From NCBI RefSeq assembly GCF_004010195.1, contig NC_057719.1:80116709-80180708 (forward strand): DNA of 64,000 bases, written 5' to 3'. The stretch comes from Chiloscyllium plagiosum (taxonomy: Eukaryota). The first letter of the stretch is position 1. Each line of letters starts with the position of its first letter. A program made the position numbers and the translations under genes. The notes under the pieces were generated by a model. The model was not told where the DNA came from. It worked only from the letters and a program-made list of their open reading frames with translations, and ran no database searches. Shown piece by piece: positions 1-12,514 of this stretch.

Positions 1-2477
1 GCTGACACTCCAAGCTCAATCTCCGATTCCATGGCATGAGTTGTGTGAACCCCAGACCAATAGTTTGAAGTCCGTGGCCACGGTGTCTCAAATCCAGTCC
101 AATCCTGAAAGTCCAAGTGGAACTGAGGCCCTAATATTGATGATATTCTGGATATGTGCTGATTCCCATTTCATAATAACTTCAGTACTTTTCCAGTCCT
201 CAAATAGGTGGAAGACAAGTCCAGGTAGCCCTATAAGATCGCATAAGTGGATGGTTCCCATTGATGCTCACAGTCAGGCAGTTCTCCCCCCAGTCAAAAC
301 CGCTTGCATTAGGCCTGTTTTTTGTGTACTTTTCAATTATTACTTCAATTGCTCATTGTCATGTCTACTTAACCCTTAACAACTAATCATTTTGATGGTC
401 TGGTTTGAAGATATTTTGAGCCTAATAATACAATTAGATAATAGCTGTCCACATTCATTCATACCTACAGGCACCCTTTTTAATTTCTACTTTTATATAA
501 AGAAGCACTTAGTCTCCATCTCTCCTGTTATACTTTACTTACTCTAATTCTACTTGCATACCTTATTGCTTTCTTTCCCATGTACTTAACCAACTTTCCC
601 TTGAATGCACGTATACGGTTTGCCTCCAGATTCTATGTAGTATCATCTTTCAAATTCTCTCCACTTCAGAGTACAGAATTCTCTATTGAAGTTTTGGTCC
701 CTATTAAGTCCAATATGGAGCACCTAAACTACCAAGACCCAATAATAAACATGAAAGACCCTTTCTGCTTTTTTTTTAGAAAATAGCCTAGCCTGTGTAG
801 CTTTTCCTAATGAACATAACAACATTTCTCCTCCATTTTCGCAATTTTTGATTTTATAGTACCTTTAGCAAAATGTTGCACTTTATTTGCTCCCATGCCT
901 ATAAATTAAATTTACCCACTTTCCATGACTTAATATCTACTTGTGTGTTTCAATATCGGATTAGATTAGATTAGATTACTTAGTGTGGAAACAGGCTCTT
1001 CGGCCCAACAAGTCCACACCACCCTGCCAAAGCGCAACCCACCCATACCCCTAAGGAGGATTCTAAGGAGACTGGAGAGGTGTGCAGGAAATTCCTGAAT
1101 CTGGGTCTCGGATGGCAGTTGTGGCTTCAGCTCATGGTTATTTAAAATTTTGAGGATGCACAAGAGACCAGAATTGGTAGTGTAGGAATATGGCCTGTAC
1201 AGAGATGGGATGTAATGTATATACACCTTTGTACACTGCTGACAACAGAGCAGTAGTCCTACAGGTCAGAAGTATCTATATAGCCTTCCAGTTACATTAT
1301 TTGCTATAGCATTATCGTAATGCAGCAGTCAATATGGTAGTGATTCCCTTTTCAAAGGGAGTAAGGCATTTTTGTATTGAAACTGTGTTAAGTAAAAACT
1401 CTTGAAACATCTGAGAATGAATTAACCAAAAAATGTTTGATAAGGCAGAAAGCCTGATTTTGTAGAATTGAACAGCCTTTATTGTCACATACATTCAGAG
1501 TATAATGAAACATTTATACCTTGCCAATTGGAGTGCTGACTTAGATACAAAAGTACCAAGGCATTTAGGGTTGGAGAGTAAATGCTGGACTAGTCAAAGA
1601 CACCCTCGTCCTGTGAATGAATAAAAAAACTCATCTACATACTCTTATATCAACGTAATGACTGAAAATGAGTCTGGTAACTTAACTTTTTAGATATGGA
1701 CACTCTCTTTAAAGCATTGCCAGGTCCACAAGTATTAGTCGCAAAATGAGCTTTCCTGAACTGCTGTGATCTCCCATTTGAGGTAGAGTCCATTGTTTCA
1801 GCTGAATCAGGCTCTGCCCACAGAAAATACAAAGTAAAACACTGCAGAAGCATGAGTGTAAATGAGTAATGTTAAAAAGCAAACTTAAATTTCCCAAACT
1901 GTTCAGCTAGTTCATCTGATTCAGTTTGGATTACATGGATAAGTAACAGAAACTGGACTGGGCTTTTAAAACAGGAGGGGTTTGATTGCTGCTAACAGGA
2001 TGGTTTTCCTTTTGTAGTAATTACCAGAACAGGTAAGAGATCAGTGGTAAATATGGGAAAGTAACAGCAATAATGTCAATATGTCACAGAGAAGATGATA
2101 GTGCTGATAACTGATGCACAAATTTGCCCTTGTTAATGAAACATCCCAAAATATGATTTAATATCTTTTATCATGAGTATCAATCATACAATGTCTTATA
2201 TAACTACAAAGTGCATTCTTCTAATTATCTTTTCTCACTTATTTGATCATCTTCCTCCATTTCTTTCCATCTTCATGACACCCTACTCCCTCTACAACTT
2301 GATTATTGTAAATATCCCATCTGCCGCACTACTGTCCTTTTCAAGAAGGAAATCCACCATCCTTATCTGGTCTGGCTTTCATGTGGTTACAGATGCACAG
2401 TAATGTGATTGACTTTTAATTAGGGGTAGGCAATAAAAAAAAATTGAACAATTGATCATCAACCCACTTAGAGTAAA

Positions 2478-2483
2478 TTTATT
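2478..2483 (-). terminator. Candidate polyadenylation signal AATAAA
   Basis: tttatt on the + strand. UGUA elements lie just upstream in mRNA sense and a U-rich tract lies downstream (A-run near 2435-2443 on +). Another AATAAA is present near 2766-2771. Confidence 0.55.
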
Positions 2484-4419
2484 TAGAAATGCAGTTATAT
2501 ACATAAGACAATTAAACTTAAATTAACTTTGTACAAATATTAAAATACTATCTTCACACCAATTGCAATATACAGGATTCCAAATAATTGTGAAAGCAAA
2601 AGCCAAAGATGCACAGGTTGAGTGACCCTGACATATTCCACAGCTCCACTCAAAATTATACTAACAGCCAATTCACAAGAAACCATGCTCTTGCGTCTGC
2701 ATCAACAGCAGGATGGCTGTACAACAGCATCCCATTCCTCACTTAGGAAACACCAGAGAAATTCTTTTATTTACAATGAAAAATGGTGAAATCTAATCAT
2801 TGACACACACCTCCCCACTACAGCCAAGCCCAAGAAACAGTGATTACAAAAAAGAAGCACTGGCTAATCCACGTACACCATTTGGAATACATTCACACAG
2901 CATCTTAGCATAGGCGCACACAGTCTCTCAGCTGCAAGGATAGGAAGGTGGAAACACCAGGAATCTGGTTATGTCGTGCTGCTGCTGAGAATCAGTAGTT
3001 GTGGATCTGATTGTTAGCTTGCAGCAGGGGTGGATTCATTTCACCTCAGAGAGCTCAGCTAGAAAGTGGCACTCAATACCACCAGGGTTGGTTAAGGCAA
3101 AGCCAGAAGTGAGACAGAAAAGAATAGGAAGTTATGTTGGAGAAGTGGTTCATATGGAGCACTAACCTACGCAAGGTGGACTTACAGCTGTAACTTGTAT
3201 GCTATTTTTAGGTCAACATAGCTTTTTTTTTTCTTTTTAAGAATCCACTTCTGGTTAGGGTATCCATGCTGGTGCTCACTCATGAGATCTCCTGGGGGTT
3301 TGAGAGAAAAGTTTTCCAGATTTTTCTCCTTTGTTCTAGTTTTTAAATCTGGTTTTGGCTCTCCCAGAATGCCAAGTGGTTTTGAGGTGGGGTGGAATAT
3401 GCCTGCATTGCAGTATACAATGCCTCAGGGTTGTTTGGGACAGGCCTATCATCATTTTTCATATGCTTAGTTAGCCCTCATGTTCAGTTGTGCTAAATGT
3501 AACAGAGTTGGGGAGCATTTAGGAATAAGGACAGACATTGGTCCTCACTTGGACAATATATGTTCAGTTCAGGCCAAGGAACAAAACCTGGGAAATACCC
3601 AACTCACCTCCAAGTGTTCAAGCAGCCTGTATTACTGGCTCACTAATTTAAAAAGAGAGTATACAGTTAGTGTTGCCAGCATGCATGGTATACCTCACAT
3701 GAGTGTTTTGGGCTCCATATGTTCCTATTTATCTAGCCCTAGCCTTTTGGGTTTTATCAATGTGCTTGCAATGCTTGGATGTTAAAATTCATTTCTTTGT
3801 GTTCAAACCTGTTAAAACCAACACTCCTCTTGATTTCTGCACTTTCCAGCTGTGTTTCTATCCTTTAATGCACCCCTATCTAACGAAGCTCAGTAGCAAA
3901 GTGTCTTTGATCATTTTACTGTGATAGTTCAGTAATTTAAAAAGCTTTATAAATGAAAGTGCTGTTGATTGAATTTGGCCAAGCCTAGTTTTCACTTTGT
4001 TTGGAAATATAGCTACACAATCTAGTCACTGAAGCCGTACCCTGGAATTGCACTTTTCCAGGCCTGTCAATAAAATAGGTGAAAACAGGAAAATACACAT
4101 GTACACACACACACACAAATGCACCCCCAACCACCCATACATACACATCACTCATATCAGCAAGGCAAAAAGAGAAAAAATATTTCCATTTAGCCTTTCT
4201 GAAGTTTAGGTCAAGGAAGAGAATAGCCACCACTATTTGGTATTCCAGCGATGGAGGACTGCAAGCATTACAGGGTGAACTTTAGATAGAAAGTCACAAC
4301 TTTTACACTACCAGCTTAAGTGGACAGATTTTACAGAATCAGGGGCACTTACTCACTGGTTGTGATGTATTGGAAAGGCCACAATGACTATCAAAGGAGC
4401 CCAGACACGATGACCCATA

Positions 4420-4830
4420 GTGAGCCAAATCCAGAAGGTTATGAATTCAAGCAGCCCTTCTGACAATTGAATACAAATTCTATCTAGCATTGATAGTGAA
4501 ATGCAGAACCAAAGGAGTGCTGCACTATCAGAGGTTCTGTCATACAAATGCAACCTTAAACTGACCCTCCCTGGTGGATGTGAAAGATCCCATGGCACTT
4601 TTTCGAAGATCAGGGAACATCTCTGTGTCGAAGTCAAATATGTATCCCTCAAGTAACACAGTAAAACAGAATCTCTGGTCACTTAACTGTTTGTGGGACT
4701 TCATTGTGTGCAAATTGCCTGTCATACAGCAGCGTCTGCACTTCAAAGCTACTTCATTGGCTGGAAAGCATTTTCGGATGCTCTGAAGTTGTAAAAGGTG
4801 CAATATAAATGCAAGTTATTTCTTTCTTTC
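4420..4830 (+). mobile_element. Deu-domain SINE (SacSINE1/AmnSINE1-like), near full length, in the predicted 3' UTR
   Basis: ggagtgctgcactatcagagg..ggtggatgtgaaagatcccatggcact..tatccctcaa..tgtttgtggga..tgcaaattg..cacttcaaag..cattggctg..tataaatgcaagt. Family recognised from memory of the consensus. Confidence 0.7.
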
Positions 4831-4907
4831 CTCATTGTTCAACTCAGTTACCACTAATGTTTCCTGGTCACAGATACTGAATTAAGGGGAAGTCCAGCTT
4901 ATGCCTG

Positions 4908-5200
4908 AGGTACGGTGGATCAGTGGATAGCATTGCTGCCTCACAGCACCAGGGACCTGGGTTCAATTCCAGCCTTGGGCAACCGTCCATGTGGAGCTTG
5001 CATGCTTCTCCCAGTGTCTGCAGGGAGTTTCCCCCTCCCAGTGTCTGCAGGGAGTTTCTCCACAGTCCAAAGATGTGAAGGTTAGGTGGATTGGCCATGG
5101 GAAACACAAGGTAACAGGGGTAGGGTAGAGGGTGGGTCTGGCTGCTGTTCAGAGGGTCTGTGGGCCGAATGGGCAGCTTCCACACTGCAGAGATTTTATG
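4908..5200 (+). mobile_element. tRNA-derived V-SINE (HE1-like) in the predicted 3' UTR
   Basis: A-box ggtggatcagtgg, B-box gggttcaattcc, V-domain tgtggagcttgcatgcttctccc, tail ttccacactgcag; internal 22-nt duplication near 5010-5058. Confidence 0.85.
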
Positions 5201-6045
5201 TCACTTGCTTATTTGCCAGAATTAATTTCTCAAAACAAAGAGTGGCTTGCACAGAAGCCAAGGGAGGACCTGGCTCTAATCAGCTTTCTACAGGGGTTAG
5301 TTACTGAATAGTGCATCCCAGTTTGTGTCTCATTGCAAGTGACATGGGTTTCACTAATTGGTTCTTGTTTGATCCCACCCCAGATGTATATTTGCAGAGC
5401 AGCACTCCTTATTCAACCAAAAATATCTTTTCTGTTATATATCAACAGATCAACCGCAAACTAATGTCAGTGACCTGAAACGCGATTACACTTGGTTTAA
5501 ATAGAATAAAAGGGTCAAATTGTTTGTTCTGATGTTGAACTTAATCAGTCGATTAACTTCAGGAGCTGACATTTGTATGGTCTGCCTTGTCTGAGGGAAT
5601 GGATTAAGTAGTAAATGGAGCCTTCTAACCTATCATAACCTGGACTAGGCAGTGGTGACAGACAATGGAAGCAGGGATGGTACTGAAGACCAAAACAGGG
5701 GTGACAGAAGAGCATTTAAGATGCGCAGGTCAGGACACCACCACCACTCAGCATCTAGTCTACAGCCTGTGTAGTGAAAGATGAAAGGTTTATCCGTCGC
5801 TCGCCAGAGGGTGACCATTCCCAGCATTACCCCCACGTGAAGGCAGCATCTCCATTGCCAGAATGTGCCCAGTCCTGGGTGTAGATGCGACTGAGTCACA
5901 GAGTCATGTCCATACTGGGCTTCAGCAGAGTGAGGGGAATGTCTTTACTGCAGCTCCTGTTACAGGATTTGAGTCAGTTAATTGGAGATGGAGAGCCAAG
6001 TGTTCAGGAGGTTGAGGAAGAGGAGGAGAAAGCCACAGAGGTCCC

Positions 6046-6071
6046 CTAAGCATCCTTAAGCAGAGGAATAT
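6046..6071 (-). CDS. SUSD6: SUSD6 last coding exon: (D)IPLLKDA-stop
   Basis: Acceptor tgttccctttttgtttcag|AT ATT CCT CTG CTT AAG GAT GCT TAG. Matches the recalled human C-terminus DIPLLKEA. Not present in the ORF track. Confidence 0.93.
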
Positions 6072-6619
6072 CTGAAACAAAAAGGGAACAGGGCTTGAGT
6101 TAAGAATCAACCCTTCATCAGCTTTTAGTTCGCAGCCTTACTGCAGGCACAACAACACCTTCATCTAAAACCTTAAGACTTAATGGATAGCTTCCCCCTC
6201 CTTAGCTCTCTGACCTCCTCCAGCCCCACATCCATCCATCCATCCCAGAGTGCAGTCCTTGAAACCAACTTTGTGGTCCCTGCTGCAATTTTGTAGTTTT
6301 TCTCTTTTATATCTAGAAGCGTTCTTACAGACAACAAGGCTTTTTCTCCCCATCATCAAATCACCGTATTGTTCATCTATTAAACACTGCCAACGAATCA
6401 CCCATGTTTCCAACTGAATAATTTATGTGCAAAGCCTATTAAGCGTAACGCAAACCATCAAAAGGTAGAGGGGGAAGAGCCTGATATTTTGTGTCCAATC
6501 TTGCTCATGTGAAACATCTTGGGTCATTTTACTATGTTAATTAAATCATGTTGTTGCATACTTCTTTATGGAAATTTTCATTTTTTCCTCTGATCTAAGC
6601 TAATGTTTGGAACAGGGAG

Positions 6620-8273
6620 AGCCGGGTAGTAAAACGTACAGTACCCTGAGCTTAGTCAGTAAGGGCATAGAGTATAAGAGCAAGGAAGTCAAGTTAAACC
6701 TTTACATATACTTATTCAGCATTAATTGACGTTGAGGTTCTGGCTCTGGTCACTGCAATTTTGAAAGCAAGTGAAGGCATTAGAGAGGGTTTACAAGAAT
6801 AATTCCAGGAATGAGGATCTCCTGTTATGATAGATTAGAGAAGGTTGGGAGGAGATTTGGTAGAAATATTCAAATCATTGAAGGGTCGAGACAGAGAAAA
6901 CCAGCCTCCTTTAGTGGAAGGATTAAAAAGCAGAGGGCATATGCTTAAGGGAGTTGGAAAAAGAACCAATGGTGACATGAAGAAAATCCTTTACATACAA
7001 GGTCTCGGAGCTGGAATGTAGTGCCTGTGAGTGTGGTGGAGGCAGATTCAATTGCGGAAGTTAAGAGGGAATTGGATTATTATCTCTGAAGGAAGAACGT
7101 GAGAGAAAGGGCAGGAATGGCACTAAGTTAAATGCTCCTTCAGAGAGCTAGCACAGATATGGCAGGCTCAATGGGCTTCTTTTGGGCTGTAACCATTCTA
7201 TGTATACACTTCATCGGTATTCGGCCTGCGAGTTTCAATTAATAAAGGTAACAACTCAAATGAACATGCTGAACAAATGGAGGATGTGGGCACAGTTATA
7301 ATGTTTAAAAGACACTTCAAAAAGTATATGAATAGAAAAAGTTTAGAAGGTTATGGGCCAGGAACAGGCAGGTGGGATAATTTGGGATTATGTTTGGAAT
7401 GGACTAGTTGGACCAAAGGATCTGTTTCCGTGCTGTATGATTCTATGAGTGTACAATGGGATCTCGATCAGCTGGGCCAATGGGCTGAGGAGTGGCAGAT
7501 AGAGTTTAATTTAGATAAATGCGAGGTGCTGCATTTTGAGAAGGCAAATCAGAGCAGGACTTATACACTTAATAGAAAGGTCGTAGGGAGTGTTGCTGAA
7601 CAAAGAGATCTTGGCGTACAGGTTCATAGCTCCTTGAAAGTGGAGTCGCAGGTAGCTAGGATAGTAAAGAAGGCGTTTGGTATGCTTTCCTTTATTGGTT
7701 AGAGTATTGAGTACAGGAGTTGGGAGGTCATGTGGCTGTACACAACATTGGTCTCCTTCCTATCAGAAAGATATTGTGAAACTTAAAAGGGTTCAGAGAA
7801 GATTTACAAGGATGTTGTCAGGGTTGGAGGTTTTGAGCGAGAGGGAGAGGCTGAATAGGCTGGGGTTGTTTTCCCTGGAGCGTCAGAGGCAGAGGGGTGA
7901 CCTTATAGAGGTTTATAAAATCATGAGGGGCATGGATAGGGTAAGTAGACAAAGTCTTTTCCCTGGGATAGAGGAGTCCAGAACTAGAGGTCATAGGTTT
8001 AGGGTGGGAGGTAAAAGATATAAAAGGGACCTAAGGGGCAACATTTTCACGCAGAGGGTGGTACGTGTGTATGGAATGAGCTGCCAGAGGAAGTAGTGGA
8101 AGCTGGTCCAATTGCAGTATTTAAAAGGTATCTGGATGGGTATATGAATAGGAAGGGTTTGGATGTACTTGGACCAAGTGCTGGCAAATGGGACTAGATT
8201 AGGTTAGGATATCTGTTTGACATGGACGAGTTGGACCAAAGGGTCTGTTTCCATGCTGTACATCTCTATGACT
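6620..8273 (+). mobile_element. Cluster of 5'-truncated CR1 LINE 3' ends (older 6620-7200, short 7275-7447, younger 7450-8273)
   Basis: QWDLDQLGQWAEEWQIEFNLDKCEVLHF..EQRDLGVQVHSSLK..RVQRRFTRML..LGLFSLE..RGDLIEVYKIM is the CR1 ORF2 C-terminus, with frameshifts. Confidence 0.92.
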
Positions 8274-8868
8274 AAGTGTCAGAAATGATAAATTATAACA
8301 TTAAAAGGTTCCTGGTCTCAGTAGACCAAAAGGCTAACTCTACATTGCTGACTTTCCAGTAGGGAGTCTCCCTCTTTTGGTGAATGAGAGTTTAGGGATT
8401 CTGTAATTGTCTGGTACAACGTCATTGCACTGCTTCCAACCAATGGGACAGGGAGTTATTGCTTATAGAAAAACCCTTTGCCAAAAGGCACAAATACATG
8501 GATACAAATATAAAATCAGACAATAGTTACATCACAGTCAGAGGCCATGCAGCCTGCTGTGTCAAGGCTGGCTCTCTGCAACAGCAATCCAGTCAGACCC
8601 ATGCCACAATCCTATTCCTAACCCTGCAACTCTGAAAATGACTCTCTTCAATTACTGAATGAAAAATGAGACAGAAGGTATAAGTGAGTACACAATGAAG
8701 AATAAGGAAAATGAGATACAAGGAAGAAAACAGATATATATTTACATGCAAATGTATGTTGGTATGCAAATTTATACAATCTAGGACTCCCCACATTGTA
8801 TAATTCATCCTCCACTTTGTCAGTCAAACACCTATAAAACATCAAGCCCTGTAGGAGATGCTGCTTAC

Positions 8869-9284
8869 CATCAGTAGATCCCACAGGGGAGGAGAGAGAT
8901 AGAAGACTCTGGACATCACTGCTCTCAGAGTCTTGGGTGTCAGAAGACAGAGACAGCCTCATCACCAAACTACGAGAGTGTGCAGGAGACGAGAAGGCAG
9001 GCTGATGAATCAGAACAGTCTCTGACCGGTTACCACTGCCACGGGCCTCAGAGTCACCAGGACTTTCTGGGCAGTCATCAGCACTTCTGCTGCAGTGGGC
9101 ACCTTCCTCTGGAGCGTCTTCACCTGGGACTGGCCCTTCCGCCATGACGATCTGTACCCGCGAACCGGAAGGCGGGATGGCAGCACCTGAACTGCCGTAC
9201 ACAGCTTCTTCATATGATGGAAGAGACACAGGAACCCCATCCACTACAATGGACACCTGATCGCCTGACACTCCCTGATCTCGC
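8869..9284 (-). CDS. SUSD6: SUSD6 exon 5: cytoplasmic tail with LPSY (PY-type) motif
   Basis: Encodes RDQGVSGDQVSIVVDGVPVSLPSYEEAVYGSSG...SDVQSLLSLSSPVGSTD. Acceptor gtcaccag, donor GATG|GTAAGC; 416 nt, phase 2-1. Confidence 0.96.
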
Positions 9285-9543
9285 CTGGTGACAGATGCAG
9301 ACAATGTGGTTAAACACAATGCGACTAGCTCATTGGCCCAAACCTCAGGAGACCGTGAGGAGAATCAAAAACAGGAAGGGGCCATTCTTGCCCCTTCAAT
9401 TAGACCCTGGATGACTTCCCATTATCACAACTCCATACTGCACAGTTACAAGCTTCCAAAGCCTCCCCTCCCCCTGTCCCAGACTGACAATGTCCCTGCA
9501 GACAGACATGCACACACATCTGCTTTGACCTATCTTTACTCAC

Positions 9544-9682
9544 CTGCTGTGGTGAAATGACTTCAACTTTGGTTGCAGCAAAACAAATAAAACTACCAGG
9601 AGGAGGATCAGGGCAACTGAGCTGGCAGTTGAAGCAACTATCGATAATGTTGGCACTCCGATCGTTGCCCTTGTATCTTTAT
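9544..9682 (-). CDS. SUSD6: SUSD6 exon 4: transmembrane helix
   Basis: Encodes DKDTRATIGVPTLSIVASTASSVALILLLVVLFVLLQPKLKSFHHSR. Acceptor ccgtttag, donor CAG|GTGAGT; 139 nt, phase 1-2. Confidence 0.97.
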
Positions 9683-9971
9683 CTAAACGGAGATTAAACA
9701 GAATGAGCTTCAACATCAGTAAATTGCATTTACGCATTCAATAATCTGAGGTACTCACAGCCATGACTGAAATTACCAACATACTTCTTGTATATTTTAT
9801 ATACCTCAGAGATGTGCATAAGTTGTGAGTGTATCAGAACGATTATTCAATGCTTTAAAATATCTGCTCCATGCTTCCAGTAATTTATACAGTTTGCTTA
9901 CTCTTAGGCCACATTCAGGCTTTAATGAATCAAGCATAATAAGCATCAATACCAAATAGGCATCATAGGAG

Positions 9972-10076
9972 AAAGTGAGGACTGGAGATCAGAGCTGAGA
10001 GTGTGGTGCTGGAAAAGCACAGCAGGCCAGGCAGCATCCTAGGAGCAGGAGAATCGACGTTTTGGGCATAAGCCCT
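9972..10076 (-). mobile_element. Penelope family A tail fragment; another at about 38465-38560
   Basis: aaagtgaggactg..gtggtgctggaaaagcacagcagg..gcagcatcc..ggagcagga..tcgacgttttgggc matches the tail at 50060 and 58101. Confidence 0.75.
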
Positions 10077-10254
10077 GATAAATAACAACCAATAAAAAAT
10101 GTAAATCCACTTAAGGGGTTTCTGAACATCTAAAATATTCAGAACATAAATACCACCCTTGCCTCCAATGTATTTTCTGGGGAATTGATTCCATCACAGC
10201 AAAGGCTTACAAATGTGGATCTGTGCATTTTTGACACCATATGGGCTAGCACGA

Positions 10255-10560
10255 AGGGGGCAGACGGAAACAGAGAGACAGAAACAAAGAGTGAAAGACA
10301 TAGAAAGAGCAAGAGAGAGCTACACACCGACAGAGAGAAATAGAGGAAGTCGTAGACAGAGGAGCAGAGGGACAGAAACAAATAGAATGAGAGAGAGAGA
10401 GAGAGAGAGACAGATGGAGAGAAGACACACAGAGAAGGATAAACATACTGTGACAGACAGGGAGAGAGAAAGAGAGTCAGACATGCAATGTGACATACGT
10501 AGAGAGATACAGAGGAAGACACAAAGAAAGAGTGAAGCTTGTGCACACAGGAAGAAAAAA
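10255..10560. repeat. GA-rich low-complexity tract
   Basis: (GA)n and gacaga repeats. Confidence 0.9.
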
Positions 10561-10819
10561 AGACGTTTTTAAAACGTCAATTTAAAACAATGTCACCTGG
10601 AACAATTCATAAGGATGAGACTCCTTACTTTTAATTATTCACTTTCTGGGCCAGAGAGGCTGATTGGCAATCATTAGCAATTGTTATGCTATTAGATAGT
10701 TGTATTGTTAAATATCACACATCAAATTCTGTGGCAAGTTTAATGTGCACGTGAAACAATTTCATGAGACTCACTGATGCCCTGACCTGTTCTGCCTTTA
10801 TGTGGTTGCAGTCCCACAC

Positions 10820-11720
10820 CAAAATCATTGGTTTGGCCCCTCGAGCCTGCTGCACCATTCAATAGGATTATGGCTAACCTGGTATGCCTGATGACCATTT
10901 TTCTGCCCTTTCTCCATAACCCTTTATTCCCCTCTGATTAAGGGTCTATTTCAGCCTTAAATAGACACAAGGACTCTGCTCCCACAGCGCTGTGTGGCAA
11001 AGAGTTCCAAAGACACTCAATCCTCTGAGAGAAGAAATTCCTCTTCATCAGAGTCTTAAGTTTGCACCTCTTTATTCTGAGACTATGCCCTCTGGCACTA
11101 AACTTTCCCATGAAGGGAAACATCCACTCAGAATTTGAGCCTCTTAAAAATCCTGTGCATTTCAATGAGATCACCCCTTCGATTTTCTAAATTCCAGTGA
11201 GCTGAGTCTCAATCTGTTTACCCTTATGACTCTATCAGACAATCGTTCCATGCCAGGGATCATCGTGATGAACCTCCTCTGAACTGCCTCCAATGAAATG
11301 ATATCTTTCCTTAAATAAGGGAATCAAAACTGCCATCAGTACTCCAGATGTGATCTCATCAGCGCTTGTACTGTTGCAGTAAGACTTCCCCACACTTATA
11401 CTCCAATGCCCTTGAAGTAAGAGCCAACATTCCATTAGCCTTCCTGGTTACCATGTGCACCTGTGTGCTAGCTTTCTGTGGTTTCATGCATAGGTTCACA
11501 CAAGTCCTTTGTGGTGCAGCTTTCTGCAGTTTTTCGTCATTTAAGTAATACTCTGTTCTCGCTTCCAAAATGAACAACATCACATTTCCCACCTTATAAT
11601 CCATTTGCCAACTTTCTGCCCACTTAGTGCCACCTATCAATATCTCTCTGTGAACTGATGTATCCCTGTCACAACCTGCCTTCCTACCAATTTTTATGTG
11701 GTCTGCAAATTTGGAGAAGT
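10820..11720 (-). mobile_element. CR1 LINE fragment (different subfamily)
   Basis: SKFADHIKIG..WQMDYKVG..KANGMLALTSRALEYK..RNFFSQRIECLWNSLP. A related copy lies at about 35135-35490(-). Confidence 0.88.
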
Positions 11721-11890
11721 CATAATCCAGCCCAATGCACATGGGCAGCTGGGGACGAGCAGTAAATATTGGCTTGCCCAGCAAACTCCAAGATTAACTG
11801 AGGAAAACATTTCAGCTCTAAACTCCACACCAGAACCGTGGGTTCAAGCTCCTGAGTTCTGAAGACATGAACACATAGTCCAACCCAATA

Positions 11891-12322
11891 CAGAGGAGCC
11901 TTGTCATCCGAACGAGATGGATGGGCACTATTTCGTTCGGATAATTGATTATTCGGTTAATCGATTCAATGCCTTTCTTCTGGGGCTCAGAGTTTTCTGT
12001 TAAGTCCGCTCCCAGTTCAGGAGATGAGGCAGCAGGACACCACGCACGAGCCCCCGCGCCCAACCCTGTCCAACACTGCCCCCCACCCACCCCAACCCCA
12101 TCCAACACCACGCCCCATCCGTCCCCAGCCACCGTCCGACCCCTGTCCACGCCCCTGTTCCCAGTCCAACTCAGCTGCCCCACACCCCCACGTTTTGCCT
12201 GAATTGCTGTGCTCTTCCAGCACCACTGATCCAGAATCCACCCCTCCACGTGCTTCCCGTTTGCCAGATAATATGAAATTTGGATAATTGGTAATCTAAT
12301 TGATAGTCGGATAATTCCTCTG
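11891..12322. mobile_element. Non-autonomous Tc1/mariner (Tigger/pogo-like) MITE
   Basis: TA|CAGAGGA...atccga at the left end and tcggataatTCCTCTG|TA at the right end give a TA target duplication and CAG termini. Repeated ggataat/atccga subterminal motifs. Confidence 0.65.
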
Positions 12323-12514
12323 TACTCCTGATGCAATACTAAGGGAGTCTTGCATTGTCAGAGAAGACTCCCTTCTATCAATCAGGCGACTATAAAGATT
12401 CCAATGCACAACACAGTTTAAGCGTGTTCTACCCTGTGTCTGATTTATGTTTGGGAGAATTTGTTGTCCAAAAACTAGTTGCCCCGTCTCTTTCACAAAA
12501 ATTTCAAAAAGAGG

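Larger units (their letters stand above)
2460..6045 (-). other. SUSD6: Probable SUSD6 3' UTR (~3.6 kb)
   Basis: Runs from the stop codon to the best poly(A) signal. It is mostly unique sequence with two SINE insertions. The 3' end is inferred. Confidence 0.6.

Noticed and set aside
1..379. 112-aa ORF or neighbouring gene exon at the window start
   Set aside because: No recognisable homology or splice context; left unassigned.
4908..4975. tRNA genes at SINE heads (also 35674, 41457, 57536)
   Set aside because: A and B boxes run directly into the V-domain and SINE tail; no complete cloverleaf is present.
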